NCBI GenBank assembly: GCA_035559595.1 | Contig: DATMBF010000005.1 | Coordinates: 100,905-164,904 of the forward strand | Direction: 5' to 3' | Length of the DNA stretch: 64,000 nt | Origin: Bacteroidota bacterium | GTDB lineage: Bacteria; Bacteroidota; Ignavibacteria; UBA10030 | In this document: positions 9,583-19,165 of the stretch, one piece after another | Layout of the letters: every line of letters starts with the position of its first letter | Numbering within the stretch: position 1 is the first letter of the stretch | Notes under the pieces: generated by a model | What the model saw: only the letters and a program-made list of their open reading frames with translations | The model's database searches: none | Told to the model about the DNA's origin: nothing | Position numbers and translations under genes: made by a program

Positions 9583-10326
9583 GTGAACTGTTCTGATACG
9601 GTGCAGCTTGCACAAATTATCATGGAGCGCTTCGAGCTCTTCGGCTTCTTGCACATCCTTTTTCTCGCCTCTGTTCCTTGTGCTGCCGGTTTTCTCGTAT
9701 TGCTCTCCAAACACTTCCCACATAGGCAGAAAGTTATTCGGTATCTTCTCGCCGCGTCTCTTGCATTCAACGAGCTCCTTTCTTTCGGCTACAAGATTCA
9801 TCAGGGATGGTTGAGTTTCCCGAATACGCTTCCCCTTCATCTCTGTGATCTCACCATCTGGTTGACAGCATTCAGTCTCGTCTCGTTCAATCGAAGAGCG
9901 TTTGAGCTAGTGTATTACTGGGGACTTGCCGGCACCACCATGGCGATTCTCACCCCCGATCCAAACGCTCTTTCGACATCCGTTGCTACGGTTCAGTTCT
10001 TCCTTTCCCATGGGGGTGTCGTCGCGGCTATTCTTTTTGTCGCCTGGTCCGGCCAACTTCTTCCACGGCCAAACTCTTTCTGGAAAGCTTTTCTGATTCT
10101 TAACGCTTACGCTGCAGTCGTGGGAGTCTTCAACTGGGTGTTCGACACGAATTACTTTTACCTCTGCCGTAAACCCGCGGAGGGGACGTTGCTCGACTAC
10201 CTCGGTCCGTGGCCCTGGTATCTTCTTGCAGGCGAAGTTCTGGCGCTTGGGTTGTTTGTTCTGTTGAGCTTGCCACTCAGGAAGAACAGTAATCTGCTCC
10301 CTCGTAATTCTCAACTTCCCAATTAA
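9583..10326 (+). CDS. Integral membrane protein resembling the TIGR02206 (YwaF-like) family
   Basis: A 247-aa polytopic protein. 'LHLCDLTIW' and 'QFFLSHGGVVAAILFVAW' resemble the conserved core of that family. An alternative start is MERFELF at 9622. Confidence 0.45.
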   Translation: MNCSDTVQLAQIIMERFELFGFLHILFLASVPCAAGFLVLLSKHFPHRQKVIRYLLAASLAFNELLSFGYKIHQGWLSFPNTLPLHLCDLTIWLTAFSLVSFNRRAFELVYYWGLAGTTMAILTPDPNALSTSVATVQFFLSHGGVVAAILFVAWSGQLLPRPNSFWKAFLILNAYAAVVGVFNWVFDTNYFYLCRKPAEGTLLDYLGPWPWYLLAGEVLALGLFVLLSLPLRKNSNLLPRNSQLPN

Positions 10327-10327
10327 T

Positions 10328-10762
10328 CTACACTTTAAACTCAGAACTTGAAACCGTTCGGTTGGAAATCACTGACGCGGTCCGCAACCCTCCGATGACA
10401 TGGCACAAGACTCCTCCCACACTCAGGAATGCAGCCACGAGCGTCAACGGTCTCGTCGGACTCGCCATAGGCGGTTCAACGAAGAAAGCGAGGATGAAGA
10501 GAATCGGGGCAAGGAAGAGAATACGAGAACCGAATGTTTGAAGTTTGTTCCTCCACTTCGTAGAGCTTTCGGTGAGATAGAGTCCAAGACAGAGATTGAG
10601 GAGCCCCGAGAAGAGAATGTACACATGGTTAGCCCGATACAGAAAGCGAATGCTTTCGTTACCGGCATGCAGATCCGGAAATCCCGATCGCATGTAGGCC
10701 CCCGTTGCGAGAAAGACAAGACATGTCAAGAATCCGACGATGAGATGGAGTTTCCTGTGCAT
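10328..10762 (-). CDS. Small 4-TM membrane protein, last gene of the cytochrome operon
   Basis: A 144-aa ORF with four hydrophobic helices. Its start overlaps the stop of the upstream octaheme cytochrome gene. Confidence 0.5.
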   Translation of the reverse strand: MHRKLHLIVGFLTCLVFLATGAYMRSGFPDLHAGNESIRFLYRANHVYILFSGLLNLCLGLYLTESSTKWRNKLQTFGSRILFLAPILFILAFFVEPPMASPTRPLTLVAAFLSVGGVLCHVIGGLRTASVISNRTVSSSEFKV

Positions 10763-10764
10763 AG

Positions 10765-13029
10765 CTACTCCTTTCTGAGAGCTTTCAGCAAGTCTCGGCG
10801 CATTTGGTTTGCCGATTCGTTCTGAGCGTCAAAGATGAGTCCTTCATTTACCGCGGCCAGCGCTTTTTCGTATTGCCGTGTCAGGATGTAAGCACGTGCG
10901 AGATAGAAATGGCCGAGTGCCATTCCGAAATCCAAGTCGACGGCTTTTTCGTACAACGGAATTGCCCTCTGCGGTTGATTAGCCTGAAGGTAGACATTTG
11001 CCAGATTGAAATAGGCGAGAGGCTCAAAAGGATTCTGCTCAATCGCCTGCTCGTATGTCACGATAGCGCGGCTCATGTTGCCTTGAGCCGCGTATGCAAT
11101 GCCGAGATTGACCAGTGCTAACGATTGAGCCGGATTGAGATCCAAACTCATTCGGTAATGTCTTATTGCCTCGCCGTAATCTCCAGCAGCCGCATACGCA
11201 TGTGCGAGGTTGAGATGGAGGTCGGCGTCATTGGGCGACACTTCAAGTGATTTCAGATAGAACTCTATTGCGCCGTGGGGATTCTCGCTCTCTCGCTCCC
11301 GATCGCCAAGAAATCCCAGCACCAAACTTATCCGACGGCGTAATGCATCTCTGTCTTGAGCATTGGCTTCCCCAAGGATTGAATTGATTCTTTCTTTGCG
11401 CTCCGCGAGCAGAAGGGCGCTCAGTGCAATTGCACGAACATCAATGTCCGAATGCCGGGCCAATTTCGAGAGCGAATCCAAAACAAAGGCAGACACTTCC
11501 TTGCGATCGGTACTAAGGTAGTTTTCAAGGAAGAAGGAAACTCCGGCAAACTGAGCCATCGGATGACGTGCAGAGGGGAGGAGAACCCTTCGTGCTGCAT
11601 CTTCGAGAGTTTTGCTCTGGTGAGCGGAAAGCAATCCGCGGACGATTTCTGGATGGGGCTTGATTTCACCGTACCATCTGCGCATAATGCCCTCGAGCGA
11701 ATCGGGCTTCATCGAGGAATGACATCGGCTGCAGGCGCTCTCTATCCCAAGCTGTTCGTCGAACACTGGCCGGGGAATCGATATTGTGTGGTCCGAGCGC
11801 GCAAAGCGAATAGATTTGCCCACCTCGGGATGCTGCAGGTAGGGCATATGGCATGCCACACATCGGCTTCCGTCGGACCCCTCCTTGTGAAATGTGTGTC
11901 GCTGGGGTGCTTCAGCCTTGCTGGAGTGGCAGCCTGTACATTGGCGATCGTCAAACCGGTCGGGCAACGGATTTCGATTGATGTCGCGATAGCCCTGACT
12001 GTGCGGGTCGTGACAACTCACACACGTCATGGATCCGTTCAAATAACAGTCGCTAAAAAAATGGCCCTCCTGATAAGCGAACGTTTTGGTCCGTCCGTCG
12101 GGGTGAAGGTGAGACTCACCCAGCAGTGGCAGTTTGAGGGAGTAATACCTCTCGAGCTTTGATCCGGGGAGATATCCTTGCTGAAGAACATCTTTTACCG
12201 CATGACATTGAAAGCAAACAAGAAGTGATTCATCTTTTGACAGTGTGGAGAGGGAACGCAATCCAATATCGTCTGTCATTCTACCGCTGCGGGCAAGCTG
12301 GACGTGTCGCTTTGCCGGGCCATGACACGACTCACAATCTATCGTGAGAGAGGTGACGTGAGTCTCGTATTTCTTTCGGTTCTGATCGAATCGAAGAGAG
12401 ATCTGACTTCCGTGACATTCCTGGCAATGAGAAAACCGACGGTCAGTGCCAAGCACCCGCGTTGGCGGCCAATCGCTGCATTCGGCAAGCCTGAGTTCGT
12501 CGTTGATGGGGACCCACCCTTTGTTCCCTTTTCCGATCGTATTGGCGAACCACATTCGTCCTTGTTTGCTGTAATCGAAGGGAAGAAACCGCAACGTCCC
12601 GTCAGGGAATTGTGTTACGAAACCCTGTGTACCGCCTCCAACCATATGACCGCGTCCGATAACTCCATCGACTCGAAAAACCCTCTCTCTGGCATTCGAT
12701 GGACGGACTGTAAAAACATATTCTCCGTTTTGAGCGACGGATGGAATGACAACTGCATCCTTGAAGCGGATCGGTGTTCCGTCAAATGGTGCTATAAGAG
12801 TTTCGGGGATTGGCAGTCCGCCGGCATTGCCGTGTGTTGAGTGAACCCAGGCATCGTATTGCTCTGCGTGACAATTCTTACAGGTTTCAGCTCCCGCAAA
12901 GTCCGAGAACGAGATCGACTTCGTGGCTGTGAATGACGTTTGAGAGGTACTATCAAAGCGGGATGATTCGAAGGCGAGAAAGAGTCCCAGCCAGCAGGGG
13001 AGCAAGGCGAGGAAGAGTTGCGGCCTCAT
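10765..13029 (-). CDS. Octaheme c-type cytochrome with C-terminal TPR repeat domain
   Basis: Eight CXXCH motifs (CKNCH, CQECH, CESCH, CFQCH, CVSCH, CTGCH, CVACH, CSRCH). The first is followed by 'AEQYDAWVHSTHG' (CXXCH-x6-W-x2-S-x-H, as in the NapC/NrfH/c554-type family). The C-terminal 250 aa or so are TPR repeats (e.g. 'YFNLANVYLQANQPQRAIPLYEKAVDLD'). The start was chosen at M15 (signal-like MRPQLFLALLPCWLGLFLAF), giving an ATGA overlap with the upstream gene. Confidence 0.8.
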   Translation of the reverse strand: MRPQLFLALLPCWLGLFLAFESSRFDSTSQTSFTATKSISFSDFAGAETCKNCHAEQYDAWVHSTHGNAGGLPIPETLIAPFDGTPIRFKDAVVIPSVAQNGEYVFTVRPSNARERVFRVDGVIGRGHMVGGGTQGFVTQFPDGTLRFLPFDYSKQGRMWFANTIGKGNKGWVPINDELRLAECSDWPPTRVLGTDRRFSHCQECHGSQISLRFDQNRKKYETHVTSLTIDCESCHGPAKRHVQLARSGRMTDDIGLRSLSTLSKDESLLVCFQCHAVKDVLQQGYLPGSKLERYYSLKLPLLGESHLHPDGRTKTFAYQEGHFFSDCYLNGSMTCVSCHDPHSQGYRDINRNPLPDRFDDRQCTGCHSSKAEAPQRHTFHKEGSDGSRCVACHMPYLQHPEVGKSIRFARSDHTISIPRPVFDEQLGIESACSRCHSSMKPDSLEGIMRRWYGEIKPHPEIVRGLLSAHQSKTLEDAARRVLLPSARHPMAQFAGVSFFLENYLSTDRKEVSAFVLDSLSKLARHSDIDVRAIALSALLLAERKERINSILGEANAQDRDALRRRISLVLGFLGDRERESENPHGAIEFYLKSLEVSPNDADLHLNLAHAYAAAGDYGEAIRHYRMSLDLNPAQSLALVNLGIAYAAQGNMSRAIVTYEQAIEQNPFEPLAYFNLANVYLQANQPQRAIPLYEKAVDLDFGMALGHFYLARAYILTRQYEKALAAVNEGLIFDAQNESANQMRRDLLKALRKE

Positions 13030-14699
13030 CGGTTTCCTTCTTGCGACCAGGCAGGACCCTCGCAGGTACACAGCGTGCGAATGAATCGAACGAGACTCCA
13101 GATCTGCTCGCGGGTAAGTGTCTTTCCAAAGGCGGGCATAAAATGACTTTTGCCAAGAACTCTACCGCCACCATAAATTCCATCAAAAAGCGTGTCGTCG
13201 CTTCGCACCGACATGACAGAAGGATCCGAGTGTTTTGCGGGTTGCACAGGGAGGTAGCGGGCGTTAAATCCGTCTCCGTTGCCTCGCAGACCATGACACG
13301 GTGAGCAATAATGCGTGTAAAGGCGCCCGGCTTCGGTTGTGTCAGGTCGGCCGGGATTTCCATGATCGATGATGTTGAGTTGTGGAAGATGTTGAGGTTT
13401 CTTGTCGCGCGTTGATAAAAACGTAGCGAGCAATTCGACATCCGACTTCGGCAATGGGAGGGCAGGCATGGCACTCTCATGAACCGTGCCCTGAGGATCC
13501 TTGATTATTCGGTAAACAAAGGTCGGTTGAAGTCTCGGCTTGAGCGAAGAAAGGTCCGGGCCAACCATTCCTCCCTTACCATCGAAGCGGTGGCAGCCGA
13601 AGCAGGGAAGTTGCGTGCGTAAGATGTTCTCTGCTTTGCGTTGAGAGAATGGCGAAAGACGAGTGGGGGTAAACGTCGCGTCGACATCGCTCTTGAGCGA
13701 AGCGAGGTGTGATGTGAGCGTTTCCAGTTCATCGGTTGTGAGGTCATAAGAGGGCATTCTGCTGCCGGTTCCCGGATGAAAACCGAAAGGCCGGATCGTG
13801 TGCGGTTGTGCGAGGTATGACCGAAGCCATGTCTGATGGACACGAGAGCCTTCTGTGCTTAAATCCGGCGCGTTGTGCCGTTGATTCACTCCACGCATTG
13901 CATGACACCCGCCGCAATTCTGAAACTCGAAAATCCTTGCTCCGTCTTCAGCGGTAACGGTCGGGTTCGCACTCCGAACTCTCTGGTATGCGACCTCCAT
14001 TGTTTCACGTTCCTTTGCCCCAAAGCTCATCAGATAGCTAACCATAACCTGAATCTTGCTTCCTGCATCCTGAATCACCTCTTTCAACTCGTTCTTTTCC
14101 TGATCCTTGCTATAAACTTGCGCCGGCATTGGTGATCCGGGATCAAATGCCTGAGGCAACGCGAGGTATTGGACAAGCCAGTTTGCTTTCGCTCTCAAAC
14201 CAACGCTGACCAAATCCAGAGCAATTGGTCCGCCCTGACCTTCGAGCTTGTGACAGAATGTGCATTTCAACTCATCGACGATCATCTTGCGGGCCTCGGC
14301 AGTACGAGGAGACTTGCGGTCCCACGACTGAACAATCGTGGGGAACGCCGGCAGGGGTTGGTCGGTTTTCAACCGTTCCTTCAAATACAACACTAACGCC
14401 AGCCTCTCCCGCTCGGTTAACCGGAAGTTGGGCATTTGTGTCTTACCGATGTGCAAGCGCACTCGTTTGGGATTCCCAAGATAGTCAAAGAGATACGCTT
14501 CTGGATAACGCAGCCCGGCGTAGCTCAACGATGGAGCTTTGGTTTCAATCTCAGCAGCAGGTTCAACCCCCGGATGACAGGCGCCACAGGCAAGCTCAGT
14601 CACAAGTTGGCGTGCAGATTGGGATTGGGCAGAAGGTGTCAATACGAACACAGCAATGAAGGCAATGGCGAAGTGAACAGACTTCACGAGGGGGACCAC
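13026..14699 (-). CDS. Pentaheme protein made of five class-I cytochrome c domains
   Basis: Five CXXCH motifs (CGACH, CTFCH, CGGCH, CFGCH, CSPCH). Each is followed by a 'GG/GP' turn and a distal Met-Pro (MPNF, MPAQ, MPSY, MPAL, MPAF), the usual Met sixth-ligand arrangement. There is an N-terminal signal peptide. Confidence 0.8.
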   Translation of the reverse strand: MVPLVKSVHFAIAFIAVFVLTPSAQSQSARQLVTELACGACHPGVEPAAEIETKAPSLSYAGLRYPEAYLFDYLGNPKRVRLHIGKTQMPNFRLTERERLALVLYLKERLKTDQPLPAFPTIVQSWDRKSPRTAEARKMIVDELKCTFCHKLEGQGGPIALDLVSVGLRAKANWLVQYLALPQAFDPGSPMPAQVYSKDQEKNELKEVIQDAGSKIQVMVSYLMSFGAKERETMEVAYQRVRSANPTVTAEDGARIFEFQNCGGCHAMRGVNQRHNAPDLSTEGSRVHQTWLRSYLAQPHTIRPFGFHPGTGSRMPSYDLTTDELETLTSHLASLKSDVDATFTPTRLSPFSQRKAENILRTQLPCFGCHRFDGKGGMVGPDLSSLKPRLQPTFVYRIIKDPQGTVHESAMPALPLPKSDVELLATFLSTRDKKPQHLPQLNIIDHGNPGRPDTTEAGRLYTHYCSPCHGLRGNGDGFNARYLPVQPAKHSDPSVMSVRSDDTLFDGIYGGGRVLGKSHFMPAFGKTLTREQIWSLVRFIRTLCTCEGPAWSQEGNR

Positions 14700-15256
14700 T
14701 AGAAGGTGAATGTCAGATCGGTATTTCCAAGACTGGAGAGGAAGTCTTGCATCAGTCCCCCATTCCTAATAATGACAATACTGTAGTCGTTGAACCGGCC
14801 GTTGATCCCGTAGGTCCATCGTGTGAAGATGATTTCACCAGTTGACGTGAACTTCTTTGGATACCTGACTGGCTCGAGGCGGAAGTCTGGCTGAAGGTTC
14901 GGGTTTGAATCTACCCAAGCAAGGAGGCCTCGATTTCCAGATCGATCGGCGGGTAAATCCATTCGGAATGTTCTTGTAGCTGTCGTGCCCGAGATCGTTT
15001 TGGTTGAAAGAAAAGCGTAGGGGGGAGAAACGTCGAATGAGTCTACTACTTCAAGTGTATTAAAGACAGCAAAATCCGAGACAAAAGCGAGGATCACATC
15101 CTTTGTGGCAAGTGAGTCCGGAAGTTGAATTGACCCCGAGACAGTTGTGATCTCGGGCTCTTCTGGTTGTTCGTCTTGTTGTAAACAACCGCCGGAGCGA
15201 AGTGCGAGAACGAAAAGAATCAGAAGAAAGATCCTTACATGCCACATAACGACCAC
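14699..15256 (-). CDS. Lipoprotein, first gene of the cytochrome operon
   Basis: Signal peptide with lipobox LALRSGGC. The 185-aa protein is beta-rich and ends in TFTF. No family recognised. Confidence 0.5.
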   Translation of the reverse strand: MVVMWHVRIFLLILFVLALRSGGCLQQDEQPEEPEITTVSGSIQLPDSLATKDVILAFVSDFAVFNTLEVVDSFDVSPPYAFLSTKTISGTTATRTFRMDLPADRSGNRGLLAWVDSNPNLQPDFRLEPVRYPKKFTSTGEIIFTRWTYGINGRFNDYSIVIIRNGGLMQDFLSSLGNTDLTFTF

Positions 15257-15289
15257 TCAGAATGTTTGTCGCCGGTGGTAGAACCAGGA

Positions 15290-16507
15290 CTATTTACAAG
15301 TTTCAGAAATGATCTGACCGTTGATGAGTACGCCGCACACATGGCTTGTATATTCGAACGGGTCTCCGTCAAACAGAACGACATCGGCATCTTTGCCGGC
15401 TTCCAGCGACCCAATACGCTTATCGACCCCAAGAATCTTGGCCGCGTCGATGGTGATCGAGGCGAGTGCGTCCTCGTGCGAAAGTCCGTTTGCTGCAGCA
15501 ATTGCAGCTTCATACAGAATTACCCGGACACGTGGAACGTAGCCTTCAAATCCACTCTGGAGTGCGAAGGGGATTCCTGCAGATTTTAGCTTGGCCGCCG
15601 TTTCGAATGATGCGTTTCTGGTATCCCCTGCCGTTCGCACCATTGTCGGGTGCAGAATCACGGGAACACTGGCGTTTTTGATTTCGTCGAGGATGAGGTA
15701 GCTTTCCGCTGCCCCATCGAGGATGGGTCTGAAGTTAAACTCCTTTGCAAGTCGCAGCACAGCCAGAATGTCGGTGGCACGGTGAGCAGTAAACAAAGCT
15801 TTTACCTCACCGGCGAGAACTTTCGCAAGCATTTCTGATTTCAAATCTCTCGCGGGGCGCTTTTCAGGATCCTTATTCTGCATCTTTTTCGCATAATCTT
15901 GGGCTTTCAGGAACTCGTTTCGGATCATTGCCACGCTTTTGGCCCGTGTTCCGGGTGAGCGGAAGTTGTTGCTGACCGATTCGCCAAGTGTGAACGCAAT
16001 CATTCCAGTGGGATCGACCAGGGCCTCTGAAACCGTATTCCCAACAGTTTTCACGACAATAGTCGAGCCACTCGCAAGTGCACCTGGACCGTGCCCTGTG
16101 TTAACCGTTGTGACGCCTAGATTGCGGACCCAATTCACAAGCTGTTCGCGCGGATTATAGGCGTCGATAGCACGAAGCTCCGGCTGCATTGGATCGGATT
16201 TCTCCAATTGCATCTGGTCGTGGGGCACGTTGTAAATTCCGGCCAGGCCGACTGTTGTATGGGCATCGACGAGACCCGGTGTTACCACTTTTGCTGTTAG
16301 AACTCTGTATTCCGACGGAATCGTAACTTGGGCAGCAGCCCCAACGTGTTCGATCTTGTTTCCGGAAATCAACACAACGCCATTCTGAAGAGGTGCTCCC
16401 GCCATCGTGTAAACAATTTCTCCTCGAATCGCTATTTGAGAATGCAGAATTTCGGAAGAAGGGAGGAGTAGGAGACTGACCATGAATACCATTTGACGGA
16501 TTCTCAT
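15290..16507 (-). CDS. Secreted amidohydrolase family protein
   Basis: A 405-aa protein with a signal peptide and the 'PGLVDAHTTVGLAG' metal-binding region. It is a paralog of the downstream gene and shares an ATGA overlap with it. Confidence 0.75.
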   Translation of the reverse strand: MRIRQMVFMVSLLLLPSSEILHSQIAIRGEIVYTMAGAPLQNGVVLISGNKIEHVGAAAQVTIPSEYRVLTAKVVTPGLVDAHTTVGLAGIYNVPHDQMQLEKSDPMQPELRAIDAYNPREQLVNWVRNLGVTTVNTGHGPGALASGSTIVVKTVGNTVSEALVDPTGMIAFTLGESVSNNFRSPGTRAKSVAMIRNEFLKAQDYAKKMQNKDPEKRPARDLKSEMLAKVLAGEVKALFTAHRATDILAVLRLAKEFNFRPILDGAAESYLILDEIKNASVPVILHPTMVRTAGDTRNASFETAAKLKSAGIPFALQSGFEGYVPRVRVILYEAAIAAANGLSHEDALASITIDAAKILGVDKRIGSLEAGKDADVVLFDGDPFEYTSHVCGVLINGQIISETCK

Positions 16508-17805
16508 TGGTCACCTCCTTCGCAAGCATCGCCAAGAAAGCCATCACGAAACACTTCATAGCCACCGGTCGAATACTTTCTGTCGTCTGGATTCAACCGG
16601 TCGTAGACCTTCTTTCCTTCAACCCATGTTTGCTCAACATGCGTGTATGTGCTGAGAGGATCGCCGGAGAGAATGATGAAGTCGGCATCCTTGCCCGGTT
16701 TCAGCGATCCGATTCGTTTGTCGAGATCCATCATTTTTGCACCGGCGAGTGTAAGCGCTTCGAGGGCTTTCTCTCGCGACATTCCCGCTCTCACACCAAA
16801 TGCGGCAGCTCGAAGAAAAAGCCGTGAATCCGTAACTCCATCGTCAGTATGGTATCCCACGAGTGCTCCGGCCTTCTCGAGTGCGGCGCCGTTTTCGTAA
16901 CTGATATCCACCGCTTCGAGTTTTCCCCCCGGAGAATCCAGAACGATAATGGAAGAAGGAACTCCGGCAGCAGCAATCTCTTTTGCCACCTTCCATGCCT
17001 CACTGACGTGGTGCAACACCACGCGGAACCCAAACTCCTGCTTTAACCGAAGGACTGTGAGAATATCCTCCTGCTTGTGCGTATGATGATGCACAATGCG
17101 TTTTCCATCGAGGACCTGAACAAGTGCCTCCATGTCAAGCTCACGCTTCGGCATCTTTTCCGGATTTCCTTTGGCGGCCTGGACTCTCGCTCGATACTCT
17201 TGTGCTTTCACAAAAAGCTGTCGAATCATCGCGGCAGATTTTGCTCGTGTTCCCGGAAACGGTTTTTCGCGAATAGAGTTCGTGCCGTTTGCCATTTTCA
17301 TCCCGCCGCAGATGTCGTTGAGAGGATCGGTACAAAACAACATGTCGTTGATCGTGTTCGCACCTGCGCGGAGCTTGAGATAAACCGTCTGACCACTCAT
17401 CAAGTGTCCCGACCCGGGCATGACATTCACGCTGGTAATTCCACCGGCCAGAGCTTTCTTAAAATAGTCGTGTCGTGGATCGACAGCATCGAGAATCCTC
17501 ACATCGGGATGGGTTGCTGCGGATTGATCGCCACCGGATCCTCCACCGATGTGGGAGTGGGTGTCGACAAGTCCGGGCATAATGACTTTGCCTGTCACGT
17601 CCCGTACTTCGGCGTCTGACGGAATACTCACACCGCCGGATTTTCCAACAGCAGTGATGATCCCGCCTTTGAGGATAAGGATTCCGTTTTCAATCGCTGG
17701 TCCTTCGATGGGATAAACCGTAGCTCCGCGAAATGCTATTGGTTTGTCTTGAGCGAAGCACAGGATGGAGATGAAAAGCAAAGGAGCAAGGAATCTCAAG
17801 CTCAT
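16504..17805 (-). CDS. Secreted amidohydrolase family protein
   Basis: The start was reassigned to MSLRFLAPLLFISILCFAQD (signal peptide), which has an AAGGAG RBS. It carries 'PGLVDTHSHIGGGSGGD' and is a paralog of 15290-16507. Confidence 0.75.
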   Translation of the reverse strand: MSLRFLAPLLFISILCFAQDKPIAFRGATVYPIEGPAIENGILILKGGIITAVGKSGGVSIPSDAEVRDVTGKVIMPGLVDTHSHIGGGSGGDQSAATHPDVRILDAVDPRHDYFKKALAGGITSVNVMPGSGHLMSGQTVYLKLRAGANTINDMLFCTDPLNDICGGMKMANGTNSIREKPFPGTRAKSAAMIRQLFVKAQEYRARVQAAKGNPEKMPKRELDMEALVQVLDGKRIVHHHTHKQEDILTVLRLKQEFGFRVVLHHVSEAWKVAKEIAAAGVPSSIIVLDSPGGKLEAVDISYENGAALEKAGALVGYHTDDGVTDSRLFLRAAAFGVRAGMSREKALEALTLAGAKMMDLDKRIGSLKPGKDADFIILSGDPLSTYTHVEQTWVEGKKVYDRLNPDDRKYSTGGYEVFRDGFLGDACEGGDQ

Positions 17806-18007
17806 GAAGAGTCTCCTTCTTTTGGTGGGCATTTCAGGGCAAGTTTGCGTCGAAGAAAGTAACGACAATCAACTGATGAGTCAAGAGGGAAATCGCAAAC
17901 GCATTGAGCCAATGAGAGTCGGAAGAATTAAGTCTGTGATCACTTTGTTCGCACGCCTTCCGGGCATCTGACGGTTTGATTTCACCACAGAGAGACAACG
18001 AGCAGGG

Positions 18008-19165
18008 TCAGGTCCTGCCAGCATGAATGACATCTTTTCCAAACTTCTTTCGTAGTTCATCCACTGCGACAAGAGCTTGCGATCGCTTGGATTCCGCAGG
18101 GAAAAGTGAAGGTTCGGTGAAGTTTTGATCCACGAAATGGGAAAGCCGTACCCCCACCAGCCGAAGCGGCAGCTTTCGGGTGTAGCCTTCGGCAAGCAAT
18201 TCTCGAACTGTCCGAAAGATTCGTGGATCGTCGTTGGTGGGGGAAATGGTCCTTGCTCTGCTGATCGTCTTGAAGTCGGAGTATCTCAACTTCACCGTAA
18301 CAGTTCGGGCTTTCCATTGCTTTGCTCGGATGCTTGAACAGAGATGTTCTACCATTGCGAAGAGCCGCTCCTCCAGATCCGCTCGGTCTCTTGTGTCACT
18401 CGCAAATGTTTCCTCATGGCTGATGCTTTTCCGAATGTGGTCTGCATGTACGGTCTGACTTCCCCCACCTTGGACCACTCGATGAAGCCAGATTCCTCGT
18501 GAACCAAGAAGGTTTTCGAGGCGCTCCAATGAAACGGCTTGCAGATCAGCCACTGTTTGGAATCCCTTCTTCTTGAGATAGGCCTCCGTCTTTTTGCCTA
18601 CGCCGGGAATAACTTCAATCGGCAGCGGAGCGAGGAAGGAGCGCTCTTGTCCGGCAGGAATTATGCAGAGTCCGTTGGGTTTGACTGTTCCTGCAGCGAT
18701 CTTGGCTATGGTCTTGTTCGCCGCCAGCGAAAACGTGCAGGGAAGTTGAAACTCATCCCACACGAGCTTTTTGAGTTTTGCCATCAATCCCGGCAAATCA
18801 TGGTTATACATTGACTCGCAGCCGGTCAAATCCATGTACATCTCGTCGATTGACGCACGTTCAACAATGGGTGCAAAGTCGAGCATTCGTTTGTAGAGTC
18901 TCTGCGAGTAATCTGAATATGCGTTGTAATCTCCACGAACTACGATAAGCGAGGGGCAGAGTCGCAGTGCCTGTCCCGTCGGCATCGCAGAGCGAACACC
19001 GAAGGCACGAGCTTCGTAGGAGGCCGAGGCTACAACGCCGCGTCCGGAGGGAGTGCCGCCGACAACAACAGGTTTTCCGATGAGGTCGGGATTCTTGATG
19101 CGCTCAACAGAGACAAAGAAGCAATCGAGATCGAGATGGGCAATATGCGTCTGGGGGTGGGACAT
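18008..19165 (-). CDS. dinB: DNA polymerase IV (Y-family translesion polymerase)
   Basis: N-terminal 'IAHLDLDCFFVSVE' followed by 'VVVGG' is the catalytic Asp-containing motif. It also has the DinB-type little-finger region. Confidence 0.85.
   Translation of the reverse strand: MSHPQTHIAHLDLDCFFVSVERIKNPDLIGKPVVVGGTPSGRGVVASASYEARAFGVRSAMPTGQALRLCPSLIVVRGDYNAYSDYSQRLYKRMLDFAPIVERASIDEMYMDLTGCESMYNHDLPGLMAKLKKLVWDEFQLPCTFSLAANKTIAKIAAGTVKPNGLCIIPAGQERSFLAPLPIEVIPGVGKKTEAYLKKKGFQTVADLQAVSLERLENLLGSRGIWLHRVVQGGGSQTVHADHIRKSISHEETFASDTRDRADLEERLFAMVEHLCSSIRAKQWKARTVTVKLRYSDFKTISRARTISPTNDDPRIFRTVRELLAEGYTRKLPLRLVGVRLSHFVDQNFTEPSLFPAESKRSQALVAVDELRKKFGKDVIHAGRT

Noticed and set aside
11452-12840. 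Plus-strand ORFs 11452-12162 (236 aa) and 12304-12840 (178 aa)
   Set aside because: They are antisense within the octaheme cytochrome gene, whose eight CXXCH motifs fix the true frame. These are shadow ORFs.
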